Notes under the pieces: model-generated
Seen by the model: the letters and a program-made list of their open reading frames with translations, nothing else
Database searches by the model: none
Told to the model about the DNA's origin: nothing
In this document: positions 19,617 through 29,034 of the stretch, in pieces
Layout of the letters: every line of letters begins with the position of its first letter
Numbering within the stretch: the first letter of the stretch is position 1
Position numbers and translations under genes: made by a program
Source: an uncultured delta proteobacterium
GTDB lineage: Bacteria; Myxococcota_A; Polyangia; Polyangiales; Polyangiaceae
Reading direction: 5' to 3'
DNA: 64,000 nt
Assembly: GCA_963850305.1 (NCBI GenBank)
Contig: CAWKKR010000002.1
Location: forward strand, 1 to 64,000

Positions 19617-21994
19617 CCCACGCCCTCGACGTACCAGGGCACGCCTTTCGGCCCCTTTTTCTGATGGTTGAACCGAAGTTTGCCGGCGGTTCGTCGCTTA
19701 TTCGTCCTGAGCGCGAGGCCGAGGGTTCTTGTGTCCAGTTTCTGCGGATCGCAGCCACAAAGCTCAGACAGCCCTTTGATGAGGTCGGGGTGTCGACTCA
19801 TCGTGTCGATCACCTCTGATGCGAGCATCACTTTTGCGCCAAACGCCAACTGCCAGGCGGTGAGTGCGCTCTCCAGCGCGTTCCCTTCGGTGTCCCCGGA
19901 CTCCACGAGCTCCGTACGGCCACCGATGGGGTCCGGCATGCCCGCCCATACGAGCGCGCCCCGCACGACCCGCGACCACCCCTCGAAGGACCCCCACGGC
20001 GTCAGTTTTTGGTCGGGGCATCCTGCGGCGAAATAGCCCCGCAGCACGGTCAGCGCGGCGCTCGCGAGCGCCGGCCGTTGCTCGCGTACGTGTGCCTCCA
20101 GGTCCGGATACTTGAAACCTGTACGGGTCTCGGGATGCTCCAGCGGACTTTCGAGGCGGACGTGGAGCGTGCGGCCGATCAGTTCGGTGCTGAGCGTGAG
20201 ATTTTTTGCTGTCACGAGCCAGAGCGCTCGCATCGGCATCGACACCATTTCGGTCACCCCGAGTTTCCGATCCTGATAGATCCTGCTCGTTAGTGTCGCC
20301 GCGAGTACCTGCGAGTCGAGAGTCCCCTTCACGTTGTCGAGCAGCACGATCGGATCCGCGGCCATTGCGAGCGACAAGAGACGCTTTCGCATTTCGTCCT
20401 CGTTAGTGTGAACCATCCGGGCGAGGGATCGACCGCTGTAGATTTGCCCGATGATGTCCGCGAGCTTGGTTCCGCCCGCGCGATTAACGTTCTTGTCAAA
20501 AAGCCCGAGCGGAACGCAGTCGTTGATTGCTGTATCAGCAAATGGCGTCAGTAAGAGCGCCATCCACGCAGAACAGTGCTCTTCGTTTTGAAACGGGAAG
20601 TCCTGGACGATGTCGTACAGAGCCGCAATGGCGGTAGTGGCGTCGTCCAGAGTCGGCTCGGGCGGGATCGTTGGGTAGTCCGCGTTCGGCGCGTAAAACA
20701 GACCAGTGGCCTGGTCGTATCCGGGTACGTCGAGCACCGTGCCGTCGGGACGCAGCACCGGGCACTCTGCAATCCCTTCGAGTCGTCGGATCCCGGGCCA
20801 CGCGCCCCGAACGTGCAGCTCAGAAATAGGATCATCCGGCACAGGGCACGAAACCAGCGTCCAGACTTCTTTCACCAATTTCCAGCGCTGAAACGCGCAG
20901 ACATGCGACACGAGCCCTCGGAGTCTGGCCCTCGGCATCGCCACGATCCGCGGAGCGTCTGGTTTGCGGGTGATGCCATCTTCGATGGTCTCGTTCGGAT
21001 CGCGGACAATTTCGGCGAGTTTCCACCCGCGGTAGTAGACGTTCGGTAAGGTTGCCAGCGCCGGAATCATCGCGTCCGCAACTTCCAGCTCGTCGAAACC
21101 GGCGATGATACTGACGCGATCCTCGTTGTCCGCGCCGGGGACGGAGCTCGCCCCCGCCGCATCCGGAACACGTGCCCGAACCGGCAGCCACTTCCGGATC
21201 TTTTTGATGATCTTTGCGCCGTCGCCTCGCAGGTTTTCCGCGACCGTCGGCCAGCCGGTGACCTCCTCGTTTGCTGCGACTCTCTCCGCGGTGCCGGCCA
21301 CCCTCGCGGCTCGCGCCGCTGGATCTTCCGATCCCCCGACCCACGCCACGAGCCCGACGAAATCTGTCGTCTCTTCGACGGACCACCCCATACGCAGCAG
21401 CGCGCCACCTAGTGCCCAGCACAGGTTGTGACGGGCGCCTTTCGCCGGAAAGTATCGCGCGAGCAACGATGCGCTCGCCAGCTTGCCGACGCTCTCGAGC
21501 AGCACCTTCTTCTCGACCGCTGGCACTTTCGTCGGATCCGAGCCGTCCTCGAATTCGATCGGCTCCCCCTCGACGTGCACGCTCCCCGGAAAGACAGTGT
21601 GCTCCCCGGTCGAGCGTATCTCGCAGAGCATCGCTTTGTCGTTGGGGGCGTCCGGATCTTTGAATTGCAGCAATCTCTCGAACGGCGAGAAGTACAGCCA
21701 GTGCGACGCGCGCTTCGACGCGCGGCCGAACCGACCTGGCGTGGCAGGTAAGAAGTACGGCGCGAGCGTGACGGCCTCAGGGCAATCTAGGTCGATGTCG
21801 ACGAGCCCTTTTGACGGAGCGCCGAGGAGCACGCCGATGTTCTGCGGCGCGCCGTTGAAGTACTTCTGCGCGTCCTCTTGCGTGATCCTGAGATTTTGCC
21901 AGCCGTCGAACCCCGGATTTTTGCTCCGGTGCGGGACCGGTACCGGTTGCCAGCCGAGCTCGAGAAATCTCCGCGCGATGTCGAGCGCGCTCAT
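19610..21994 (-). CDS. Bifunctional primase-polymerase fused to a P-loop helicase-like domain
   Basis: WQPVPV..KNP..GW..NIGVLLG..LVDIDLD (Prim-Pol) and HTVFPGSVH. C-terminal FPF..LLTP..IVLLDNV. Confidence 0.88.
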   Translation of the reverse strand: MSALDIARRFLELGWQPVPVPHRSKNPGFDGWQNLRITQEDAQKYFNGAPQNIGVLLGAPSKGLVDIDLDCPEAVTLAPYFLPATPGRFGRASKRASHWLYFSPFERLLQFKDPDAPNDKAMLCEIRSTGEHTVFPGSVHVEGEPIEFEDGSDPTKVPAVEKKVLLESVGKLASASLLARYFPAKGARHNLCWALGGALLRMGWSVEETTDFVGLVAWVGGSEDPAARAARVAGTAERVAANEEVTGWPTVAENLRGDGAKIIKKIRKWLPVRARVPDAAGASSVPGADNEDRVSIIAGFDELEVADAMIPALATLPNVYYRGWKLAEIVRDPNETIEDGITRKPDAPRIVAMPRARLRGLVSHVCAFQRWKLVKEVWTLVSCPVPDDPISELHVRGAWPGIRRLEGIAECPVLRPDGTVLDVPGYDQATGLFYAPNADYPTIPPEPTLDDATTAIAALYDIVQDFPFQNEEHCSAWMALLLTPFADTAINDCVPLGLFDKNVNRAGGTKLADIIGQIYSGRSLARMVHTNEDEMRKRLLSLAMAADPIVLLDNVKGTLDSQVLAATLTSRIYQDRKLGVTEMVSMPMRALWLVTAKNLTLSTELIGRTLHVRLESPLEHPETRTGFKYPDLEAHVREQRPALASAALTVLRGYFAAGCPDQKLTPWGSFEGWSRVVRGALVWAGMPDPIGGRTELVESGDTEGNALESALTAWQLAFGAKVMLASEVIDTMSRHPDLIKGLSELCGCDPQKLDTRTLGLALRTNKRRTAGKLRFNHQKKGPKGVPWYVEGVGG

Positions 21995-22326
21995 TGCGTC
22001 GCCCTCCACGCGCGCAGCGTCCACCGGTAGTCCGGCTGCCACGGCGGCTGCCAGTGCTCCGGCACTGGCAGTCTCGGTCTGCGCTCGTCGTGCTGTCCGT
22101 GCAGCAGCTCGACGATCCAGATCACGACGGCGGTCGTCTCGTCCTCATGATGAGTCAGCTCTCCGAGCGGATACCTCAGTCGGATGATCGGGAGATCCCC
22201 GTACCCTGATAGGGCCTCGACGCTCACGTGGTGGCCGGCGATCCGGTGTCCGGCGCGTGCCCCGCGCCCTCCGAGCGTCGCGCGGAGGATGCGCTGCGCG
22301 TGCGCGACATGCGGGCGCGCTCTCAC
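21991..22326 (-). CDS. Hypothetical protein
   Basis: Start/stop overlaps with both neighbouring ORFs. Confidence 0.45.
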   Translation of the reverse strand: MRARPHVAHAQRILRATLGGRGARAGHRIAGHHVSVEALSGYGDLPIIRLRYPLGELTHHEDETTAVVIWIVELLHGQHDERRPRLPVPEHWQPPWQPDYRWTLRAWRATQ

Positions 22327-22940
22327 GACACCCTCCGCGGGCGCGTGGATCGCGCGGCGAGCGCGATGATCTCAGCCTCATCCCAGGCGGACTCGGGCGG
22401 CGGCGACGATGCCGCGGGCGCGGGCGCGCCGAGCCCGAGCGCCGCGAGGACGTCGTCGACGCGGACTAGGACATGGCGCGCCCCCGCGTGTCGCCGGGCG
22501 TGCGGGATGCTGTGCTCGTCGACGAGCTCCCGGAGCTGTCGCGGCGTGAGTGCGAGCGCCGCACGGAGCACGTCGGCCATCGACGGATGGTCGGTGACGA
22601 CGAGCGGCGCGACGTCGATGCGAGCGAGGGCTAACGGTGGTGGGTCGCCGTCGCCGTCGCCGTCGGCGCCGGCCGCAGCCTGCCGCGATGCCGCACTAGC
22701 CCGCGCTCGTCGGGGCGTGCGCCGCTGCGCCCGACGCGGGGGCGTGCGGGGGATTAGTCCGGCGGCCGCCCACGCACGTCCGATGGCCGTCCACCGGCGA
22801 CGGATACGCTCGGCCCTTCGCCGCTCGGGCGGGGGCAGCGTCGCGACCCGCGCCTCTGCGGCGCGGACGGCCGCCATGACCCGCCTCAAGTGTTCGGAGG
22901 GCGTGACAGTGTCGGAGGGCTGTGCGATACTCTGCATGTC
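22323..22940 (-). CDS. Arg-rich protein with a C-terminal excisionase-like HTH
   Basis: LTPRQLRELVDEHSIPHARR..HVLVRVDDVLAAL, positioned next to the att site. Confidence 0.45.
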   Translation of the reverse strand, partial: DMQSIAQPSDTVTPSEHLRRVMAAVRAAEARVATLPPPERRRAERIRRRWTAIGRAWAAAGLIPRTPPRRAQRRTPRRARASAASRQAAAGADGDGDGDPPPLALARIDVAPLVVTDHPSMADVLRAALALTPRQLRELVDEHSIPHARRHAGARHVLVRVDDVLAALGLGAPAPAASSPPPESAWDEAEIIALAARSTRPRRVS

Positions 22941-23045
22941 GTGATCCTGAGGCGCTCGGAGCTGGCCGCTCCGGGCGCCGCGCGTTTTGTGCGCGGCGTC
23001 GGCCTCGTCATCGGATGATGCGCTCACGACGGCGCTCTGTCGAGG

Positions 23046-23930
23046 TCATCGTCGACGCTCGCGTTCGGCGGCTAGGTCCACCACGACCGCGCCTCGTTTC
23101 CTCTCGTCGAGCCGCGTCGCGAGCGTTCGAGCGACGTCGAGCGCACCTGCCGTGACCGCCGCGACGATCGCGCGTTCGAGAGCCGCGTCCGATACCGCCC
23201 CCGTTCCGGTGTCGACTGGTGTCGACTCGTCGCGAGTGGTCGGGAGCTGGGGCGATTCGATTCCCATGTCCGGCGCCTGCGCAGCCGAATTCTCGACGAT
23301 CGGCGCGATTTCCAGATCGGCTTCGAATCCCGTTGGGGACGCTACATTCAGTCTGTTTTTCGGCTCGATCGTCGCAACGCGGACACCGTTGCCAACATAT
23401 TGCCAAAAATTATTTTTGGCCGACGCCTGCGAGGGGCTCTCGCCCGCCGATTCCGGAGGGACGTCGAGCGCCGCGAGGTACTCGCGTCCACCGCCTGGCG
23501 CGAGATGCGCGTAGCGGAGTGTCATCGTCAACGTTGAGTGTCCGAGCCATTCCTGTACTTGGCGCAGCGGCGTGCCGCCGATCGTGAGATTGGACGCGAA
23601 CGAATGTCGCAGGTCGTGCCATCGCAATAGCCGGCGCTGCGCGCGGCGTGCGGCGCGGCTCAGCGCGCCGTGCAGGTGCCAGATCGTCAAAGGCAATGCG
23701 TGCTCGTCGTGCTGGCAGAACACGAGAGGCCCTCGAAGGTGACGGTGCTCCTTTAGCGCCGCTTCGAGGGTCGCGCTCATTAGAATCTCTCGCGGCTTCC
23801 CGCTCTTCGTCGTGTCGACGGTGACGCCCGCGGTCCGAGATCGCCGGAACGTGATTCGCTTGCGGCGAAAATCGATGTCCGTCCACTCGATCGCGAGTTG
23901 CTCGCCGGCTCGCGCGCCCGTGCCGTCAGG
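23046..23930 (-). pseudogene. Tyrosine integrase, catalytic half only; the reading frame crosses the att site
   Basis: TGARAGEQLAIEWTDIDF, TKSGKPR, HDLRHSFAS and LGHSTLTMTLRYAH. The N-terminal domain is absent. Confidence 0.88.
23322..23342 (+). other. att core: 3' end of tRNA-Glu
   Basis: TTCGAATCCCGTTGGGGACGC is T-loop, T-stem 3' side, acceptor TGGGGAC and discriminator G. No 5' half is present. Confidence 0.75.
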
Positions 23931-24185
23931 TCTCTTCGCGTCGAGCACTTGGATCAGCACGGTGCCTCCAAGCGGTCCGCCAGATCTTCTCACCGGTGAG
24001 ACGTTAGACCGGGTGCGTTCAAGCAATCAGCCTGAGTTCGAAGCGAGTCGGACGGACTGCCGCGACCCTTATCCGCCGCCACTACGAGCGGTGAGGGGAG
24101 CGGTGGGATCGATGGACGGCGGCCGGACGTTCGCGGCTCGCCCGATGCCCGCGCGGCTCGCCGACGTCTCGACGCTGCAGGCGAG

Positions 24186-24782
24186 CTAACCGGCAACTTG
24201 CCTCACGATCCGATCGAACGCGGCCAAGCGTTCTGGTTCGTCCATGGCTTCGCTGAATTCACCGATGATGCGACGGATGCGGCTCATGTCGACGGTCTTT
24301 CTGTGAAACGTCAACAACCGTTCGATGTCTTGCTGATCTTGAGGCCGGAACGCCACCGCCTTGTAGATGATGAGGTCCTCGATGCGGACGACCGGGATAG
24401 AGACTCCCCCGACGTCGATTTGCTCGGCCGCAGCAATCGATTCGAGCTCGAACGGCAGCCACGCGAGGGTGACGTCGACGTCCACGCCGCTCGCTTCGTG
24501 ACGGAGCAGCAACACCTGTCTCGCGGTCGCGAACTCGATGGCGTCCTGGATGCGAGCGATAAGCCCGTGCTTCGCCAACGCGCCTGCCAGCGTGCGTACA
24601 TCCATCTCACCGACGGCAACAGTGATATCTACGTCCCGGGTCAGTCGCGGAACGCCACGGGCGATTACGGCCATGCCACCGATGAGCATGCCCGATGCCG
24701 GTAGGGCGGCTAGCGCCTGTGCAACCGCTCGGAGTGCCTGTCCGAGCGGACCCTTCAGCGTCGCGGTTCGCTTCGCTGCCAC
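24186..24782 (-). CDS. Nucleotidyltransferase (AbiEii/DUF6036-like)
   Basis: LIGGMAVIARGVPRLTRDVD..EDLIIYKAVAFRPQDQQDI. Confidence 0.85.
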   Translation of the reverse strand: MAAKRTATLKGPLGQALRAVAQALAALPASGMLIGGMAVIARGVPRLTRDVDITVAVGEMDVRTLAGALAKHGLIARIQDAIEFATARQVLLLRHEASGVDVDVTLAWLPFELESIAAAEQIDVGGVSIPVVRIEDLIIYKAVAFRPQDQQDIERLLTFHRKTVDMSRIRRIIGEFSEAMDEPERLAAFDRIVRQVAG

Positions 24783-24836
24783 CCGACGCCTCGTTTCAGT
24801 CGGTCCCAGGCCGCGCGTGCGAGCTCCTCGTTGCGC

Positions 24837-25019
24837 TCACGTGCGGGGTCGACGGCGCCCGCCGGGAGCGGATTCGAGCGTCGCGAGCTCGAGTGCCTCT
24901 TCGATCGCTTTCGAGGGGGCCGGCGGACCCTCCAATTCGCGTGCTTGCCGTTCGCGGCGTTCGGCGGCCCGCCAGCCATCGACTCGTCTCCGGAGCTCTT
25001 CAGCAGTGGTGGAAGCCAC
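24837..25019 (-). CDS. Small partner protein upstream of the nucleotidyltransferase (putative antitoxin), probably frameshifted
   Basis: Position and size; a similar pair occurs at 49809-50469. Confidence 0.45.
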   Translation of the reverse strand: MASTTAEELRRRVDGWRAAERRERQARELEGPPAPSKAIEEALELATLESAPGGRRRPRT

Positions 25020-25221
25020 GGCGGGAGGATAGCACGCGGAGCCGGCGGTTCACCGTGCCACCGGCAGTGAGCGGAACCGTCCGTTCCCTGCCGCTCTTTG
25101 TCGGTCCGAGCTTGCCACGCTAACCGCCGGAGGGGCGAAGGGCCGTCCCGGGCGAAACATCGGGCTGACCGCGGCGCTTTCGGAACTTCTCTTGCGCGTC
25201 CAACAGACGGCCTCGAGTAGG

Positions 25222-25304
25222 GCGTCGTGCAGGGCAATTTCGTCGTCGACGTCGAGGAATTCGGGGGGCGTCACTTCGCTAGTTTTGCGAACAGCTCTCG
25301 GTGC
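25222..25304 (-). pseudogene. Remnant of an abrB-doc junction
   Basis: 83 bp highly similar to 28513-28595 (ELFAKLAK / TPPEFLDVDDEIALHDAL). Confidence 0.75.
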
Positions 25305-25665
25305 TGCGGCGAATGCCTTCTTCGAGCGCGAAGAACTGTGGATTCCGCGATGCCATCGGGCCGCGAAGCTTATCGATCTCCGCTTCTGGCGCATGGACCT
25401 CGAACCTGACGATCTTTGCGATCTTCAGCGCTTGGCCAAGCAATTCAGCAACGTTCTCACGATGTGCGAGCAGGGCGGCGGCGTCTACGTATCCCTCGCG
25501 ACAGTGGGCGACGTTGCCGCTGAAAGAGAAGGCGTAGTGCATGCAACCCGGCTCCGTGCGCGTCTTGGCGACGAGCTTCAGCGCCAGAGCTTTGAAAGCG
25601 TCAAGTTGCCCGTCTTGGACCTCGCAGTACGGTACCAAGGTGCAGCAAGTGTCAGGCGTAAACAT
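25279..25665 (-). CDS. ABM-family (putative quinol monooxygenase-like) protein
   Basis: LDAFKALALKLVAKTRTEPGCMHYAF..REGYVDAAALLAH, with a CAGGAG RBS. Confidence 0.8.
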   Translation of the reverse strand: MFTPDTCCTLVPYCEVQDGQLDAFKALALKLVAKTRTEPGCMHYAFSFSGNVAHCREGYVDAAALLAHRENVAELLGQALKIAKIVRFEVHAPEAEIDKLRGPMASRNPQFFALEEGIRRSTESCSQN

Positions 25666-25719
25666 TCATGTCTCCTGTGGTTCTCACGGACGATGTGACC
25701 GCACTGTGAAGAGGGAATC

Positions 25720-25758
25720 CTAACGTCGGTACGTTAGAGCCACTTTCAGTGGCTCTAA
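25720..25758. promoter_or_regulatory. Overlapping palindromes, likely operator
   Basis: CTAACGT-N4-ACGTTAG and TTAGAGCCACT-TTC-AGTGGCTCTAA upstream of the ABM gene. Confidence 0.5.
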
Positions 25759-26245
25759 ACACTTGGATGACCAGAGCGTCGACCGGACTGATGGTTTCTG
25801 CACCTGAAAACGGGCCCTCGCCCAATCGGGGAACGTTTTCAGGTGCTCTACCTCATCGGGAGACGCTCTAGTCTATCCGCGGGAAGAAGCCGCGCCACGG
25901 GCTCGTCGGCGCGGGTGAGAAGAACCTCTTCGCCGCCCTCTTCGCGTTGGCGTACTCAGTCGATCGGCTCGATCATCATCGACCCGAGGAACGTGGGGTC
26001 GGTGCCATTGCCGATCACCAGAGTCAGGCGGCCATCCGCAACGTCCACGTCGATGGCCTTCTTCACGTGGTAGTTGCCGGGCTCGCCCACCGACGCGTCG
26101 TCGTACAGGACCGAGGCCCCGCGGGCGACGCACGCCGCGGGCGGCTCTTGTCGAGGCGCTTGGTTTCGCGGGGCTTCGGCGTCCACCACTGCGGGTTCCA
26201 CTGCGGACCCTGCCTCCCAGTCATGACGATGCTGGGACGCGGAAG

Positions 26246-26899
26246 TCAGCCCCGAACCGTACGGGCTTTCCGGGCACTGCCGCTCGGCCCGTGGCTAGTC
26301 CCCCGCGGCAGAAGAACCAAGTCGGCCGCTTCGTCGGCGTCTTTGAGGAGCGTCTTGCGCGGCGTGCCCATCTGCGCGCGCATCGTTAGACCGCGGGAAA
26401 GGTCGACGACCTGGCTCGCGCGCGCGGCTACAGGAAAATCAGACGGGATTTCTCCCGCGCTGATCCCGTCCCGGAAACGACCTTCCACTAGCGCCACGGC
26501 GCCAGCCGCAGCGTTCTGTAGGAACAGCCGGACCTCTGCGTCGTCCACAAGCGGCGCGACGCACACGAGAAGACAACCCACGGCCGAGCCTTCCTCGGTC
26601 GCACTCTCGACGGCGTGCCTCAGGAAGCTGGCGAGCGAGGCGCGAAGAGCCTGCGGCGAGAGGAGTGCCTTCGCAGCGAGAGCGCCCTTCTTCTCTGCGT
26701 ACGCCCTGAGGACGCGCAGGAATAGCGTCCGCTTGTCCCCGAAGACGGAATACAGGCTCGGCCTTCCCACGCCCATCCCGTCGACGAGGTCATCGATCGT
26801 CACGCCGTCATAGCCCTTCGACCAGAACACCTGAGTCGCTTTCTCCAACGCCTCCCTCTCGTCGAAGCTGCGCGGTCTTCCACGCGGCCTGAATGTCAT
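26246..26899 (-). CDS. TetR/AcrR-family regulator
   Basis: RGRPRSFD..VFWSKGYDGVTIDDLVDGMGVGRPSLYSVFGDK. Confidence 0.95.
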   Translation of the reverse strand: MTFRPRGRPRSFDEREALEKATQVFWSKGYDGVTIDDLVDGMGVGRPSLYSVFGDKRTLFLRVLRAYAEKKGALAAKALLSPQALRASLASFLRHAVESATEEGSAVGCLLVCVAPLVDDAEVRLFLQNAAAGAVALVEGRFRDGISAGEIPSDFPVAARASQVVDLSRGLTMRAQMGTPRKTLLKDADEAADLVLLPRGTSHGPSGSARKARTVRG

Positions 26900-27065
26900 T
26901 TTGAATCATTTAGTTCAAAACTCGTTGCACTTGACCCTTCACTCCAATATCGTACCGAGTAGTTCGAAATTGGCAAAGCGACCCTTGGCTTTTGTCCGCA
27001 GCGACAAGGCCCGAAGCGTTGGCACTACTGGTTCGATCTTCCCTCCCTCGCACCACGGACCACCC

Positions 27066-28040
27066 ATGAAACATTCGATCGCTCTCGTCACCGGCACCAC
27101 CTCCGGGCTCGGTTATGCGGCAGCCCGCATGCTCGCCGCCGAGGGCTGCCGCCAGGTCATCGTCACCGGCCGCAGCCTGGCCCGGGTCCAGGAAACGGCC
27201 GCTCAGCTCGCGGCTGAGACCAAGACCCAGGTCTTCACGCCGCTGGAGCTGGATCTGAACGCACCGAACAGCGTCCAGTCCGCCCTCGCCGAGCTGGTCA
27301 AGCGAGGTCGGCCGATCGATTTCCTACTGCTCAATGCAGGGATGGTCCCAGGTAAGAACCGCGAGCTCACTGTGGCGGGCGTCGAGGCATCTCAGGCCCC
27401 GCTCATCGGTCATCATCAACTGTCTGTCGGGTTGCTCCGCGCCAACCTGCTAAGCCCCAACGCGCGCATTGTCATCGCCGGCGCGGAACCTGCCCGAGGG
27501 GACGTCCCTATGTTCAGCTTCACCGACGTGGCGGCCTTCGCGGCCAAAGACCACCAGGGTGACCGAACCGCCGCTGTTGAAGCCCTGCTGCGCAACGGGC
27601 CGAACGTGAAGTACGTGCCCAACCGGGCGTATGCCGACGCGAAGCTCATCATCGCTTGGTGGGTCGCTGCACTGGCGCGCCGGCTGCCGTCCGGCATGGC
27701 CGTGTACGCCGTCTCGCCCGGCAGCGCGCCCGACACCCTGGCGTCGCGTAACGCTGGCCCGGCCTTGAAGTGGGTGTTCATTCCGCTGGTGAAGCTCCTC
27801 CCCGGGATGACCATGACTCCCGAAGTCGCCGCGCGTCGGTACCTCCAGGCATCGGAGTTCGGAACGGACGTCTCAGGGCAATTCTTCGCCTCGGCGCCGA
27901 AGAAGCTCACGGGCCCAATTGAGGCGATGCGCCACCCGCACCTTCACGATCGCGCCAACCAGGAAGCCGCGTGGCAGGCCGTCGTCAAGGTCTCCGGCGT
28001 CGACTTCTCCTCCGCAGCACCCGTGAGCGCGGTGTCCTGA
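27066..28040 (+). CDS. Short-chain dehydrogenase/reductase
   Basis: TGTTSGLG, LNAG and YADAK motifs; divergent from the TetR gene. Confidence 0.9.
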   Translation: MKHSIALVTGTTSGLGYAAARMLAAEGCRQVIVTGRSLARVQETAAQLAAETKTQVFTPLELDLNAPNSVQSALAELVKRGRPIDFLLLNAGMVPGKNRELTVAGVEASQAPLIGHHQLSVGLLRANLLSPNARIVIAGAEPARGDVPMFSFTDVAAFAAKDHQGDRTAAVEALLRNGPNVKYVPNRAYADAKLIIAWWVAALARRLPSGMAVYAVSPGSAPDTLASRNAGPALKWVFIPLVKLLPGMTMTPEVAARRYLQASEFGTDVSGQFFASAPKKLTGPIEAMRHPHLHDRANQEAAWQAVVKVSGVDFSSAAPVSAVS

Positions 28041-28173
28041 GGGAGCACCCGATCGCGGCTAAATTGAACGTGGTGACCCAAATGAGCTGGCGAGTCCCTG
28101 CACGCGCGCATGCGGATTATGTGTGAAGACATCGTGAAGGATCGCGGCGAGAAAAGCCGTGACGAGAGACGCT

Positions 28174-28460
28174 TCAATCCACCGACCCGAGCAATGCCGC
28201 CGCTGCCTTCAACTGCCCGGGCGAGGGCAGGGTGGCCACCCGTCGAAGCGCCCGCTCGGTGATGAACCTCTCGGGCGTGCCCGGCGGCAAGTTCCGCAGC
28301 CGTTCCAGGATGCGAGGGTGCAGGTTCAGCAGCCCAAGGATCTGACTGACCCGGGACGGCGCGCTACCAGCCCGCTGAGCGATGGCGTTCCGGGTCGGCA
28401 CGGCCCCGGAAGCCAGCAAGTCGCGCCATTCCTCGGCTCTGAGCAGGAGCCCGACGATGG
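28174..28460 (-). pseudogene. HTH-containing mobile-element gene fragment
   Basis: TRNAIAQRAG..SRVSQILGLLNLHPRI..ITERALR. Confidence 0.45.
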
Positions 28461-28469
28461 GCGGGGGCT

Positions 28470-28565
28470 TCGTTCTCTGATGCCCGCCTGTCCGCCGTGT
28501 TCTTCCAGCAGCGCGTCGTGCAGCGCGATCACGTCGTCGACGTCGAGGAACTCAGGGGCAGTCAC
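28470..28565 (-). pseudogene. doc: Doc/Fic toxin N-terminus, truncated
   Basis: EFLDVDDVIALHDALLEEHGGQAGIR, coupled to the upstream AbrB gene. Confidence 0.75.
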
Positions 28566-28801
28566 TTCGCTAGCTTCGCGAACAGCTCTCGGTGCCGGGC
28601 GATGACCTTCTTGGTCGACGTTGACACGCGGCGCTGATGATCTTCCTTCTCGGCCTTCGAGCGAACAGGCTCGACGATGATGCGCGCGCCATCCGTGACG
28701 ACTTCGAGCTCGGTGTCTCGGCCGATGTTGAGCAGGTCGAGGATGGGCTTCTCGATCACGAGGCCGAGGCTGTTGCCGATGGCGGAGAGGTGCTTTCGCA
28801 T
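28562..28801 (-). CDS. AbrB/MazE-family antitoxin
   Basis: MRKHLSAIGNSLGLVIEKPILDLLNIGRDTELEV; palindrome GTTAT..ATAAC at about 28805-28823. Confidence 0.85.
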   Translation of the reverse strand: MRKHLSAIGNSLGLVIEKPILDLLNIGRDTELEVVTDGARIIVEPVRSKAEKEDHQRRVSTSTKKVIARHRELFAKLAK

Positions 28802-28925
28802 GATGTTATTACGAATGTATAACGTCACCCGCGGTCCAGGGCAAGGTCTCGAGTCGGAGGCGGCTCACCCGACCAATCGGACTCGGACTCGAGCAATTTC
28901 ATGAACATCCACCGCTTGTCCTAAC

Positions 28926-28947
28926 GGTTCGAATCCCTTGGGGACGC
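28926..28947 (+). other. Second, degenerate tRNA-Glu 3'-end att remnant
   Basis: GGTTCGAATCCCTTGGGGACGC, one base shorter than the 23322 copy. Confidence 0.6.
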
Positions 28948-29034
28948 AGCGTTTCCACCATCGCGATTTCGCTCGTGTATCGCTGTGACCCTTTCGGGCA
29001 CTTTGGAACTGCGCCGAAGGATTTCGGATGTCGG

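Larger units (their letters stand above)
17680..23342 (-). mobile_element. Capsid-less phage-satellite / integrative element arm ending at a tRNA-Glu att remnant
   Basis: Co-oriented xis-like ORF, small ORF, Prim-Pol replicase, inverted-repeat ori and small regulators. The left boundary is approximate. Confidence 0.7.

Noticed and set aside
25715..25760. CCTAAC..GTTAGAG as an attC site
   Set aside because: The cores are only 8 bp apart, far shorter than attC; better read as an operator.
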